Shown here one piece after another: positions 45,380 to 55,802 of a stretch of DNA of 64,000 nucleotides. The DNA is from Promethearchaeota archaeon (GTDB taxonomy: Archaea; Asgardarchaeota; Lokiarchaeia; Sigyniarchaeales; SOKP01). The stretch is taken from the NCBI GenBank assembly GCA_048938005.1, contig JBHLMQ010000010.1, positions 1 through 64,000 of the forward strand, given 5' to 3'. The notes under the pieces are model-generated. The model searched no databases. It saw only the letters and a list, made by a program, of their open reading frames with translations, and was not told the DNA's origin. Every line of letters starts with the position of its first letter. Position 1 is the stretch's first letter. A program made the position numbers and the translations under genes.

Positions 45380-46861
45380 TCAAGAAACCTTTTTTCTATA
45401 TTCTACATATTCACATATTTTTGCTAGAGCATTTACAGGTCTATCCCATAATTTGAACAGCAAAGCTCTATTTTTTCTTAGTCGTTTTGACCAAGGACTG
45501 TTAAAATTCATGGGATTTACATATAATATTGGTATTGAAAATTTTTGAGAGTTGTTCATTGTTGGTTGGAGTAATTTCTGAGCTAATCTATCTATAATTT
45601 CATCAGGCTGATGTTGGAATTCAGCATGTTTTGCTATTTGATCGTATTTAAGATATTCATCCAAAACTTCTTGGAAGCCCACTACTCCATATTGAATAAT
45701 TGCGTCAATTTCTCCTGATTTCATCAATATTTCAGGCAATGTAATATAAAAGTAAGGTAAATTCATATCAAATGTACAATCTATAGGATTTTCGAAAGTC
45801 GCAGTTGGAGGCAAAACGCTTTTTAATTCTTTTTGGAGAGATCCTGAGAATTCTGGAACAATTAGACCATGATTTTCAGCATTATTGGCCACCATTGCTC
45901 CTGGACCCCCCGAATTTGTTATAATTCCAAGTCGATTTCCTTTAGGTATTATCCCTTTTGAAAAAATAAGAGCAATATCTAAAAATTCTTGAACGTAATC
46001 CGTTTTAATAATACCAGTCTCTTTAAAAAGACCTTCATATATCTTAGAATGTCCTGCTATAGATCCTGTATGACTTTGTAATGCACGATTACCTGCCTTT
46101 GAACCGCCTACATAAATTGCGATTATTGGTTTTTTCGGAGTAATACTTTTCACTAATTCTAAGAATTTTTTCCCCCTTTTTATTTCCTCAATATATAATC
46201 CGATTATTTCAGTATATTCATCGTTCTTATAATACTCTAAACAATCTACAATATCAACATTTGCCTCATTTCCAACAGATAAAGATCTACTCAGCCCTAA
46301 ATCTAAATTCTCAGGATCATACCATATATGACATGAAAGCGTACCAGATTGAGATGCTATTGAGAATTTACTCCTTTTAAGATTTTCCCAGATATAGATA
46401 TTAAAGGATTTATTTTCTTCTTCTGGTCCAAACCAATTATTATAAATTCCCAAACAATTAGGACCAATAAATCTAATCCCATATTCTTCAGCAATATTAT
46501 TGATTTCTTCAGTTAGGGTATTTTTACGGTCTCCAATTAATTCACGAAAGCCTCCAGAAATTAAAACTATCCTTTTAACTCCTTTTTTTCCACACTCCTT
46601 AAAAATTTGGGGTACAATATTAGCAGGGAGGACAATAACTACAAGATCGGGAACCTCGGGTACATCTGCGATATATTTATAAGCCTGGAATCCCATTACT
46701 GCTTCTAATTTTAAATGTATTGGATATACATTCCCATCATATCCAGATTTAATTAAATTCATAATCTGAAGACCTGCTAATGAATTACCCTTGTTATTAG
46801 CTCCATAAATAGCGACGCTTTTCGGATGTAAAAATCCATGTAAGAAGTGAGATTCATTCAT
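45380..46861 (-). CDS. Acyl-CoA synthetase (NDP-forming) alpha subunit
   Basis: PKSVAIYGA, IGPNCLG, SQSG, phospho-His motif SHTGSIAG and TNSGG. Confidence 0.88.
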   Translation of the reverse strand: MNESHFLHGFLHPKSVAIYGANNKGNSLAGLQIMNLIKSGYDGNVYPIHLKLEAVMGFQAYKYIADVPEVPDLVVIVLPANIVPQIFKECGKKGVKRIVLISGGFRELIGDRKNTLTEEINNIAEEYGIRFIGPNCLGIYNNWFGPEEENKSFNIYIWENLKRSKFSIASQSGTLSCHIWYDPENLDLGLSRSLSVGNEANVDIVDCLEYYKNDEYTEIIGLYIEEIKRGKKFLELVKSITPKKPIIAIYVGGSKAGNRALQSHTGSIAGHSKIYEGLFKETGIIKTDYVQEFLDIALIFSKGIIPKGNRLGIITNSGGPGAMVANNAENHGLIVPEFSGSLQKELKSVLPPTATFENPIDCTFDMNLPYFYITLPEILMKSGEIDAIIQYGVVGFQEVLDEYLKYDQIAKHAEFQHQPDEIIDRLAQKLLQPTMNNSQKFSIPILYVNPMNFNSPWSKRLRKNRALLFKLWDRPVNALAKICEYVEYRKKVS

Positions 46862-46982
46862 AAATATTCCCTTATATCAAAAAATATTGCATGATTTTAA
46901 AACCTAAATTTTTAAATAAATAAAAAGAAATATAAAAATCTAAGATTTTCAAAAAAAGTCATATTAATGAATCCTAAATGAA

Positions 46983-48332
46983 CTACTTAACTTTTCCCTT
47001 AAAACATAAGATCAATAACTCCTTCATCTTTCTTTTTATAAGAGAAAATAAATGAATTATATTACGCAAAAATATACCTGTTTCTCCCAAAGCTAATAAA
47101 GAATAAAAAAACGCTCCTGAAAATAAATATTTTACAGTATCTAAAAATGATTTTTGCTTTTTATAATTCTTCTTTGTATAAACCTTCTCAAATTGAGCTA
47201 CTATATTATCAATATGTGTATAATCTTTTATTTCACTTGAGATATTCTTAAAATCATTCTTTTTTAATAATAATTCAATTTGTGAAGCATATCCTTTTGG
47301 ATTACTACTATTGACAATTATTCCATTTAATCCATGCTTAACAAAATCAGTAGCGCCTGATTTCTTGTCAATTATTACAGGAGTATCGTGGCTTAATGCT
47401 TCTGCAACACAATTATTAAAAGTATCATATATTGCAGGACTAACGAATATATCAGCTTTATGATAATACTTAGTTAGTTTCTCTTTACTAACTATTCCTG
47501 TAAATTTAATTTTATTAGAAACTCCTTCTTTTATTGCTAGTTCTTGAAGAAGACTTCTGTTGGATCCATCACTTGTGATAATGCATTTAAAATCAGTTTT
47601 AACACATTTTAAAGCTTTGATTAAAACATCAACTCTTTTTTCAGGGCTTAATCTGCCAACATGTAATATTAAAGGAATTTCATTCTTCTTCTTAGTCTTT
47701 TTATATATACCTAAGTCTATAGGATTAGGAACTACAAAAATTTTTTCTCGATGAATACCATTATTAATTAAAATCTTTTTGGAAAAATTACTAGGAGTAG
47801 TTATCCAAGTACCAATATTATGATATGAAAGCCACCACCAGACTAACTTTTTACTAATTTTGCTTAATAAATCTAGAAATTTGGATTTATGAGCTAATCT
47901 CAAAGCTCTTGATTTTTCATAATATGTTGACTTCAACTGATCTGTATGTATTTCTAAATATTGAGGGAGTAATGTATGAAATGTAGAGATTAATGGAATT
48001 TTCTTTAATCTGCTTAATATTAATGCACTTAATCCCATTGATAAATGTGAATTTGAGTGTATTACATCAAAATCTACTTTCTTAGCAATCTTAAATACTC
48101 TTCTAATAGGTACTGTATATCTCATCATATAATCTTCATAAAACCTAAAAATTCGCCCTTGGAATTTATGAATTATAACACCCTCAATTATTTCATCAGA
48201 GTTTTTATCTGATAATGCAAAAATATGAACAGTATTGCCTGCTTTTTTAAGTCCCTTTGATATTCTCCATACAGCATCTACAATACCATTTGTACAGGGC
48301 ATAAATGTGTCTGTGAATATTGCAACTTTCAT
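46983..48332 (-). CDS. Glycosyltransferase family 4
   Basis: MKVAIFTDTFMP..NG, STFHT, VGRLSPEK and DTFNNCVAEA. Confidence 0.88.
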   Translation of the reverse strand: MKVAIFTDTFMPCTNGIVDAVWRISKGLKKAGNTVHIFALSDKNSDEIIEGVIIHKFQGRIFRFYEDYMMRYTVPIRRVFKIAKKVDFDVIHSNSHLSMGLSALILSRLKKIPLISTFHTLLPQYLEIHTDQLKSTYYEKSRALRLAHKSKFLDLLSKISKKLVWWWLSYHNIGTWITTPSNFSKKILINNGIHREKIFVVPNPIDLGIYKKTKKKNEIPLILHVGRLSPEKRVDVLIKALKCVKTDFKCIITSDGSNRSLLQELAIKEGVSNKIKFTGIVSKEKLTKYYHKADIFVSPAIYDTFNNCVAEALSHDTPVIIDKKSGATDFVKHGLNGIIVNSSNPKGYASQIELLLKKNDFKNISSEIKDYTHIDNIVAQFEKVYTKKNYKKQKSFLDTVKYLFSGAFFYSLLALGETGIFLRNIIHLFSLIKRKMKELLILCFKGKVK

Positions 48333-48415
48333 TATAATCTTATATTATAAGTTTTTTATAAAGATATCTTTTGTGTAGAATGTATATATTTATATAATCT
48401 AATTTTTAATTTAGT

Positions 48416-49603
48416 ATGGTAAAAATATTTGAAGGATTAAGAATCCTTGATTGTTCACAATTTATCTCTGGCCCTTGGACTAGTACCTTTTTCGCAGATC
48501 AAGGCGCAGAAGTAATAAAAGTTGAACCTCCGCCTTTTGGTGAGGCATTCCGTTTATTTAATCTTTATGATAAAACAATATTTCCCTTATTTTGCATTTT
48601 AAATCGAGGAAAAAAATCTATATCACTCGATTTAAGAAGGGAGGAAGCAAAAGAGATTTTCAAGAAATTAATAGAAAAATCAGATGTTCTTGTAGAAAAC
48701 TTTGTAAAAGGTACAATGGAAAAATGGGGATTAGGGTATGAAATATTAAAGGAAATTAACCCGAAGTTAATATACGCAAAGATCTCTGGTTTCGGTAATG
48801 AGGGATTAGACAAATATACTAAAAAAACGGCTTTCGATATAATTATCCAAGCGCAAGCAGGAATTCTTGATGCATTAAACATAAAGGAGGGACCCCCTAG
48901 ATTACCTATAGCAGATTACACAGCAGGTCATATATGTGCCATTGGAATAAGTCAGGCATTATACCATAGAGAAAGAACGGGTAACGGTCAATTTATTGAT
49001 ATATCTATGCATGATGTCATGTTTTCTATAAACATTAGGGCTCAAGTCAAGGAGTTTATGCCACTTGCTAAAATGGAAATAGGTTCTAAATTTTTGCCTG
49101 TATATAACCAGTACCATTGTAAAGATGGATTAATTGCCATGACCACTCTTACAGAAAATCAATGGAAGAGATTATGTGAAAATGTTTTAAGAAAACCAGA
49201 ACTAATAAAGGATCCTCGTTTTGATAACCCAATTAAACGCTTTGATTATGTAGAATTACTTGATAAAATAATAGAAGAATGGAGTAATCCATTAAGTCGA
49301 GCAGAAGCTATAGAGCAATTAGAAGCGGTAAGAATACCTTGTGGGGAAACTTATACTATGGAGGAAGTACATTCACATCCAAATCTTAAAGAAAGAAGTA
49401 TGCTGTGTGATCAATTTGATTTCTCTAAATGGGGAGTTAAAAAAGCTACGATCCCTAATCGCTTGATAAATTTTTCAGATACGATAGGTTCCGTTGAGGC
49501 TTCAGGGCCTGAATTTGGAGCTCATAATGAAGAAATTTATTGTGATCTACTTGGGTATCATAAAGAAGAACTTAAACGTTGGAGACAAAAAAAGTTAATA
49601 TAA
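48416..49603 (+). CDS. CoA-transferase family III (CaiB/BaiF)
   Basis: GAEVIKVEPP, NRGKKSISLDL, DVLVENF, catalytic Asp in IADY and GPEFGAHNEEI. Confidence 0.92.
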   Translation: MVKIFEGLRILDCSQFISGPWTSTFFADQGAEVIKVEPPPFGEAFRLFNLYDKTIFPLFCILNRGKKSISLDLRREEAKEIFKKLIEKSDVLVENFVKGTMEKWGLGYEILKEINPKLIYAKISGFGNEGLDKYTKKTAFDIIIQAQAGILDALNIKEGPPRLPIADYTAGHICAIGISQALYHRERTGNGQFIDISMHDVMFSINIRAQVKEFMPLAKMEIGSKFLPVYNQYHCKDGLIAMTTLTENQWKRLCENVLRKPELIKDPRFDNPIKRFDYVELLDKIIEEWSNPLSRAEAIEQLEAVRIPCGETYTMEEVHSHPNLKERSMLCDQFDFSKWGVKKATIPNRLINFSDTIGSVEASGPEFGAHNEEIYCDLLGYHKEELKRWRQKKLI

Positions 49604-49666
49604 TATAGTATATGGATTTTAATATTTAAAAGAATTATTTTACTAAAAAAAAAAAGGTAAATAAAA

Positions 49667-49963
49667 ATGAGTGATGAAGGAGAAGAAAAAGAAAATTTCA
49701 TAGAAAAACTGAATAAATCTTTTACTGACTTCTTTGGAAATATTTTCGGTGAAAGTGGAAAAGATTTTTTTGAAGAAACTTCCGAAAAAATCAAAGATTT
49801 CTCTTCTGAGGCTATAAAGAAAATAATGGAATTTAGCGATGATGCTCTTGAAAAACTTAATTTAAATGAAAATGAACAAGTAATAAAAGCTCGTGACAGC
49901 ATAGAAGATATGTTAAAACAAGCAGGTCTCTTGAAAGAAGACGAAGAAGAAGAGGAATTTTAA
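49667..49963 (+). CDS. Small acidic helical hypothetical protein
   Basis: 98-aa ORF with AGGT SD-like sequence, amphipathic pattern and an EDEEEEEF tail. Confidence 0.7.
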   Translation: MSDEGEEKENFIEKLNKSFTDFFGNIFGESGKDFFEETSEKIKDFSSEAIKKIMEFSDDALEKLNLNENEQVIKARDSIEDMLKQAGLLKEDEEEEEF

Positions 49964-50046
49964 TTAGAAATTTAACATTTAGAATTCAAATTTTATTCTA
50001 TACTCTATTTATTTTAATTTTAAGAATTTATTCTTAGAAAAGGAAG

Positions 50047-50289
50047 TTATAGGACATCCGCATTTTTTAAAAAAGATTTAATTTCTTCTTGAGTTGCATT
50101 GAAAAGTTCTGATAAAACCATTAAAGATGTTTGTTCATCCATTCCGGCGCCCGTATAATCTTGATATAATTGAATCCACGTTTCTTTCTGGATATATTTA
50201 TCTAGATGTTCTTTTTGAATATGTTGCCAATAAGGATGTTGCAACTCAACACCGCAGTATGGGCAAAAACGAGATTCTTCTTCACTCAT
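50047..50289 (-). CDS. Small C2H2-type zinc finger protein
   Basis: CPYC-x10-HIQKEH followed by a helical domain. Confidence 0.72.
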   Translation of the reverse strand: MSEEESRFCPYCGVELQHPYWQHIQKEHLDKYIQKETWIQLYQDYTGAGMDEQTSLMVLSELFNATQEEIKSFLKNADVL

Positions 50290-50421
50290 ATAATTATTCC
50301 CTTACCTTTTTTATCACTTAATTTTTTTTCTGAATAATTTTAATAAACCAATATTAGTATAAAAAATTTTTAATTTCAAAAAGTTAAAAAATGAGTATTT
50401 AGAGATTTTTTTTAGAATATT

Positions 50422-50949
50422 TTATGCCCATTTTTTTTTCAATTCGGAAGCTGTCAGTTTTCTTATTTGATCTATAGCAAAAATTACATATTTATAGCAT
50501 TGTCTTTCCCAAACCTTATTACTAAGATACTCATTCACTGAATTTAAATCATTAAAATCTGTACCGCATAATTCTTGACATGATACAGACCCGAATTCTT
50601 TTTCAAAATAATGAGTAAAAATTGCTGCTTTTTGATAGGTTTTCAAATGGTCCTTAGGTTTAAGTCTTTTATGACCACCTAATATCACCCCTATTGCTGC
50701 ACACCCTCCACATACAGCACCACACGGCCCTTTCCAATTTTTTATTGATTTAAATCCTCCAAATCCTCCAGCAAGAGGAATTGCAAGATTGTTGAAGTAA
50801 AAACTATTTAAATCCGAAATTCCAAGTATATCTATAATATTTGTAAGCGTAAGAGCAGCACAATTTCTTCCTCCTTCTAACTTTGGTAATGTTTCTTCAA
50901 GTTTTTTAATTTTCTCTTCAAACTTGGAATCCAAATCTTTTTTTGCCAT
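50422..50949 (-). CDS. C-GCAxxG-C-C family putative redox protein
   Basis: NCA, GGFGG...CGAVCG, FGSVSCQEL and a final C. Likely start is ATG 50949 (MAKKDL). Confidence 0.85.
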   Translation of the reverse strand: MAKKDLDSKFEEKIKKLEETLPKLEGGRNCAALTLTNIIDILGISDLNSFYFNNLAIPLAGGFGGFKSIKNWKGPCGAVCGGCAAIGVILGGHKRLKPKDHLKTYQKAAIFTHYFEKEFGSVSCQELCGTDFNDLNSVNEYLSNKVWERQCYKYVIFAIDQIRKLTASELKKKWA

Positions 50950-51102
50950 TTTTATATTCAACTTTTTACTAATCTTGATTGAATAAAAAATGATATTAAA
51001 TAAAAATTTAGAGATCAACTATTTTTTTGAGCAAGAGATCTTTACCAATTCAATTTTTTTTGCAATAAGGGGATTTTAATCCTACTTCTCTTACTTATTT
51101 TT

Positions 51103-51117
51103 AGTGTAAATTACACT
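51103..51117. promoter_or_regulatory. Perfect 7-1-7 palindrome in a divergent intergenic region
   Basis: AGTGTAA-A-TTACACT. Confidence 0.4.
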
Positions 51118-51206
51118 TTGTTTAAAATTAAATATGAAAACCTTTTTTATTTTCTTAATAGAATTTTCTTACATAATAAAAATTTAAATTCAATTCTGAC
51201 CTTAAA

Positions 51207-51653
51207 TTGAAAGAACTTTACGAGATTGGTTTTGTATTTCGTGGATTTGTCCTTGTGAACCATATCTTCAAACAATTACCAGTTCAAAAAGAACAAGGAA
51301 TAAATAAGGATCTTAGAGGTGCATTTATTTCTGCTATTAACACATTTGCCGATACGGCCTTCAATAAAAGTTCTTTAGAATATTTAGAGTCAGGAAATAT
51401 TCTATTTATCTTTAAAATATCTGAAATTCAATCAGAAGATAATCGTGATAAAGAACCAATAATTCTATATGGATTAGTTGATAAATCAAAAAAAAAATCC
51501 GATAAACTTGTTAGAAAATTTTTTGAAAAGGTTACCCCCATATTAGAATTGTTTGTTCAAAGATTCGATCAGGCAAATTTTACAGAATTAAATCAATTTG
51601 AACCTTTTAAGGATGTAATGCGGGAGTTTTTTATAAAAAAAATTCAAGAATAA
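51207..51653 (+). CDS. Longin-like domain protein
   Basis: Two N-terminal strands, helix DLRGAFISAINTFA, three strands and two C-terminal helices. This is the longin topology, judged by eye. Confidence 0.55.
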   Translation: MKELYEIGFVFRGFVLVNHIFKQLPVQKEQGINKDLRGAFISAINTFADTAFNKSSLEYLESGNILFIFKISEIQSEDNRDKEPIILYGLVDKSKKKSDKLVRKFFEKVTPILELFVQRFDQANFTELNQFEPFKDVMREFFIKKIQE

Positions 51654-53324
51654 TTATTCAACTAAACTCCAACCCTTTGGTTTTGCACGAGAATATTGGA
51701 TTTTACCTTGTTCCTTTAATGAATTGATTTCTTTTTCAATCTCACTATTAGAAAAACCTTTTTCTTTGATATGATTAATAAATTGATCTTTAGTTGGGAC
51801 TATTTTCTGTTCCTTTAAATATTCAATTATTACATCAGTTAATGAGCCACCAGCGCTAACTTTTTCTTTTGAAACAATCTTTTTAGGCTTCTTCTCAAGA
51901 GCGGCTACCAATTTCTCTTTTACAGGTTCGACTGGTTTTTCAATAACTAATGGTTGTACTTTAGGTTTTGGTTGTTCCTCTACAATAACTTCGGCTTTAA
52001 CTTCTTTAGGCATTTCTTTCTGTATTTCTTCTTCTGGTAAGCTCCAAACGGGGTAACTAATCTTTTCATAAATAACTGATTTTTGCGTCTTTAAAAGTGT
52101 GAATTCTTCTAAGATTTCATCTTCAGAATACCCTAAGTCACTCAAATCTTTCATTAAATCTTTTAGATGCCCCTTTTCTTGTAAAATATTGAAAATGTGT
52201 TCTCTAATGTTTGTTGGAACATCTTTCACTTTCGCTAATTCTTTAATTAAATCCTCTTTTTTGGTAATCTTTGTTTCAGGGATTTTCATTTTTTGAGGAA
52301 TGTCAAGGGTTTGTTTTTGACCCCATTCAAAGTCAGTGATGTTATGGATTTTACGGTCATAGCCACCAAATACAATGTGTTTTATATTTTGCTCTTTCCC
52401 GAATATATAACACACATTTTTAATTGAAGTAGATACTTTAGTCTTCCATTTTAATTCAAATTCTTTAGAATCAAGGGATGGATTGTGAAAGACTTTTAAA
52501 GAACCATCAGCACAGCCAGCAACAATTTCATTAGCATTATCTCCATCTATATCTTCAATTAGCAACGAAAGTGGTCGTCCTTCTTCAGTATTAATCTCTT
52601 TTATAAGATCCCCTTCACTATTAAGGATCTTAATCGTTGAATCATCAGTACTCAGTAGAATTTCATGAAATCCATTATTAATTACATCTCCAATTTTTAT
52701 ATCATTAATCTGAAATTTAAAATCTCTCTGCCAAATAATATCTGGCATTTTATCCTCAAATTGAACTAATTGAACTACACCATTTTTAGTACCAACTAAT
52801 AACCCATAAATTGGTTCATCATTATCTGGTAATTGTAAGAAACCTAATGTGCAGGCTGTGACCCAAGAATCGTAATAAAGAACATAACTTGGCTTATTAG
52901 CCTTAATATCATCGAAAATTTTTAGAGTTTTATCATCACTCCCAAAAATAAGTTCAATATTTCCATCTCGAGTAAAATCTCCAGCAATACAACAATTTAT
53001 TCTTTTAGAGGATTTATATCGCATTAATCCTACAAGTTTTTTCTTTTCAACATTTAATTTTAAAACCATGAAATTACCATCACCAGCTCCAACTAGTACT
53101 TCATCGCAGCCATCTCCATCAATATCAATTGGATAACTACAACGACACCATCCATCAAAAGATCTATCATCAATAATGTCCTTCTTTTCATCCATTAGAT
53201 AAAGAGTCTTATCGTGTCCACCAAAAACTAGAAAAATCTTATCTTTACATTTCAATATGGAACACGTTAGCACCGCATCTGGACATTCAAACATCCAATT
53301 TAGTTGATAACGTTTTCTTATCAT
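51654..53324 (-). CDS. FG-GAP/BBS2-ITFG2-like beta-propeller protein with C-terminal winged-helix-like domain
   Basis: Repeated DxDGDGxxEhhhG blades (DIDGDGCDEVLVG, DFTRDGNIELIFGSDD, DIDGDNANEIVAG). Confidence 0.75.
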   Translation of the reverse strand: MIRKRYQLNWMFECPDAVLTCSILKCKDKIFLVFGGHDKTLYLMDEKKDIIDDRSFDGWCRCSYPIDIDGDGCDEVLVGAGDGNFMVLKLNVEKKKLVGLMRYKSSKRINCCIAGDFTRDGNIELIFGSDDKTLKIFDDIKANKPSYVLYYDSWVTACTLGFLQLPDNDEPIYGLLVGTKNGVVQLVQFEDKMPDIIWQRDFKFQINDIKIGDVINNGFHEILLSTDDSTIKILNSEGDLIKEINTEEGRPLSLLIEDIDGDNANEIVAGCADGSLKVFHNPSLDSKEFELKWKTKVSTSIKNVCYIFGKEQNIKHIVFGGYDRKIHNITDFEWGQKQTLDIPQKMKIPETKITKKEDLIKELAKVKDVPTNIREHIFNILQEKGHLKDLMKDLSDLGYSEDEILEEFTLLKTQKSVIYEKISYPVWSLPEEEIQKEMPKEVKAEVIVEEQPKPKVQPLVIEKPVEPVKEKLVAALEKKPKKIVSKEKVSAGGSLTDVIIEYLKEQKIVPTKDQFINHIKEKGFSNSEIEKEINSLKEQGKIQYSRAKPKGWSLVE

Positions 53325-53478
53325 GGTTTTCGTAAAAATGTTATTTAAAGTATAAAAATTAATGAAAATAATTAAGTAAAATTTCTTTGTTTATTCTATT
53401 AATACTTATCACTGCATTTATTAAACTGTTACTGTAAATATAAAAAATAAAAAAAAAATAAAAAATACTTTTTAGATT

Positions 53479-55647
53479 TTAAAGCGCTAATTGGGCATCA
53501 GATGGACTGTATTTTCCTGTACCCTTTATTTCATATGTAATTTCTAATTTATCCCCAATTTCTAGAACATCTACATCCCATTTTAGTGTGTCTTGACCTA
53601 CTTCATCGGTTATTTCTGGAGTCATAGAATAATCACCATATTCGAATTTATCAGGTACCTTATCGAGAAGAACTAAATTGTGTAATTTAGATTCGCCAAT
53701 GTTTTCAAGCGTTAATATAATTCTGTAATTTCCGAGATCTCCAATAGGTACAACTTCCTTTCCAATTCTGAATTTTCTTCTGATATGCATTGCCTCAATT
53801 ACGGGAACTTCTGGTTTGAACTCTAACTCTTGACTTACGGGATATGTGTTTGCGAGATAGATAATTTCAGATTCGAAGGTGGATTCACGTGCTGGATTTG
53901 TACAATGAATAGGATATTCAAACTCTAAAGTTGAATCTGGTTTAAACATACCAGTACTACTGTCTTTTAAATCTGTAAGATCGATTTTAAATGCATTTTC
54001 CTTGAAACTTACAGCAGCAGCTGATACTTCAACTTCTTCTCCATCCCACACTAGTTTTATTTCCTCTGCCTTTGGGGGTTGATATTCATCCGAGAAGTAT
54101 TGTTGTACAACAGTCACCTCATTAAGTGGTGCTGAACCATTATTAACCATTTTAAGTGAAGCAATAACATCTTTAGTTCGATAAGTTGGAACTTCTGTTA
54201 AGTTATATGACATTACTCCAGTAATACTACCAATCTCTAATATGACGTCTGAAAGAGAAGCTGACCCTTTTACGATTGTTTGAAAATCAGGCATCACTCT
54301 AAATTCTAATTTCTTCCTAAAAGTAGGATATTCTTCGCTTTCATACTCCCATTTCGTCGAGTGCCATTGAGCACCACTTGGTAATAATGGTACATCATTT
54401 GGATCAATATCTACAAATTTTTTTGATTTATCTTCTGGAGAATAAACATCTGCATTGAAAAGTTGAATGATAAACTCTGAAGAATTATCAAATACTAATT
54501 TACAATCAAAGATCCCAGGTTCTTCATCCCGTTCAACAGTATCAACATAGAACTTATTTCTTGTATAAGCATCAAATTTGTCTATATCTAAACCTTCGGC
54601 AAATGAAGATGCTCCTTGATATGTGACTTCTACAGTCCCTGTTCTTCTTTTAGTAATATCTGTGACCATAATATTACATGTAAATTTCATCATAACTGTA
54701 TATTCAGGGGCCAATTTATCAATTGTCCAAATGATTTGGTTTCCTGAAATCTCAGCTCTTCCTTCGGTTGTGTCTCGGATTACAGGATTAGTAAAATCAT
54801 CAGGGATATTTTTTACAACTTTTATATTAGAAACTGGTTTATCAAACATGCTTCTAAGAGCTATTGCGAAATAAACAACGTTGTCCCTATCAATTGAGAT
54901 TCCAAACGATTCTAAGCCGGTTTCAACAAGATCTCCACCATCTCCCCAAGTTTCTCCTTCGTCTTCTTCTTCCTCTTCTTCTTCCTCCTCTTCCTCCTCT
55001 TCTACTTCTGGTTCTTTTGGAGGGGCTTTTGGTTTGGCAGAGACCTCACTTTTTGTATCCTTTAATTTTAATAACTCTTTTTCAATATCATTTATATTTA
55101 AAACATCATCAGCATTTGGTAGAGTGCAAATGAATTCTTTCACAAGTAATAAATTTTTTATATCTTTCGTTATTTTAAAGTCTCTTGAGTCAACGTTATC
55201 AGGTTCTTCAGTCCCTAATTCTTGTATCGAAATATCTTTTGATTTTAAATTTGTACTTCCTATGTTTTTAAGTGAAACATCAATATCCCATAATCTATCA
55301 ACGGAACTTGGATTTTCAATATTTAATTTTCCAGTATGAGTAAATGAATCAACAACAGCATCATGATCTTGTACTACATCCACTTCTTCAATTATTTTTA
55401 CTAAAGCTAGTAATCCCTCTCTATTCCTATCTTTCAGAACGATGCTACCCTCTAGTTTTCCCGTATCCTCATCATAAGTCTCAATAACCGGTGTTGCGGT
55501 ATCTCTATCGAGCAATTCAACTCTCCCTGTATCCATATCCTTTCTTTTTAATGCATCAGCTATAATTTCTTCTTCAGCTTCTGCTTTATCCCAGCCCATT
55601 CGCGCTGTTGGTCTTGTTTCTCTCTTTTTCTTATCTTTTCGAGCCAT
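53479..55647 (-). CDS. Acidic all-beta protein with mu-homology (adaptor mu/delta-COP)-like and Ig-like domains
   Basis: VKIIEEVDV...TGKLNI, NIKVVKNIP...PVI...EG...QIIWTIDKL...MKF and EGLDI resemble the MHD pattern. Contains a poly-Glu insert. Confidence 0.55.
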   Translation of the reverse strand: MARKDKKKRETRPTARMGWDKAEAEEEIIADALKRKDMDTGRVELLDRDTATPVIETYDEDTGKLEGSIVLKDRNREGLLALVKIIEEVDVVQDHDAVVDSFTHTGKLNIENPSSVDRLWDIDVSLKNIGSTNLKSKDISIQELGTEEPDNVDSRDFKITKDIKNLLLVKEFICTLPNADDVLNINDIEKELLKLKDTKSEVSAKPKAPPKEPEVEEEEEEEEEEEEEDEGETWGDGGDLVETGLESFGISIDRDNVVYFAIALRSMFDKPVSNIKVVKNIPDDFTNPVIRDTTEGRAEISGNQIIWTIDKLAPEYTVMMKFTCNIMVTDITKRRTGTVEVTYQGASSFAEGLDIDKFDAYTRNKFYVDTVERDEEPGIFDCKLVFDNSSEFIIQLFNADVYSPEDKSKKFVDIDPNDVPLLPSGAQWHSTKWEYESEEYPTFRKKLEFRVMPDFQTIVKGSASLSDVILEIGSITGVMSYNLTEVPTYRTKDVIASLKMVNNGSAPLNEVTVVQQYFSDEYQPPKAEEIKLVWDGEEVEVSAAAVSFKENAFKIDLTDLKDSSTGMFKPDSTLEFEYPIHCTNPARESTFESEIIYLANTYPVSQELEFKPEVPVIEAMHIRRKFRIGKEVVPIGDLGNYRIILTLENIGESKLHNLVLLDKVPDKFEYGDYSMTPEITDEVGQDTLKWDVDVLEIGDKLEITYEIKGTGKYSPSDAQLAL
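54955..55009 (-). repeat. Low-complexity GAA/GAG tract encoding poly-Glu
   Basis: EVEEEEEEEEEEEEEDEGE inside the 53479-55647 protein. Confidence 0.85.
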
Positions 55648-55802
55648 TATTTTTTACCAAGAATATATTTTTTATTAAATTGAAAATTATTTACCAATTA
55701 ATAAAAATTAATCGATAATCTAAATTCATCGACAAACTTTAAAAAATTTATCAATATAAAGTAAGAGAGTTGTGTGTAAAGGAAATAAAGTTGTATTCAA
55801 TT

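Noticed and set aside
54881-55339. Poly-Ser ORF on the + strand
   Set aside because: It is the antisense shadow of the poly-Glu tract in the 53479-55647 gene.
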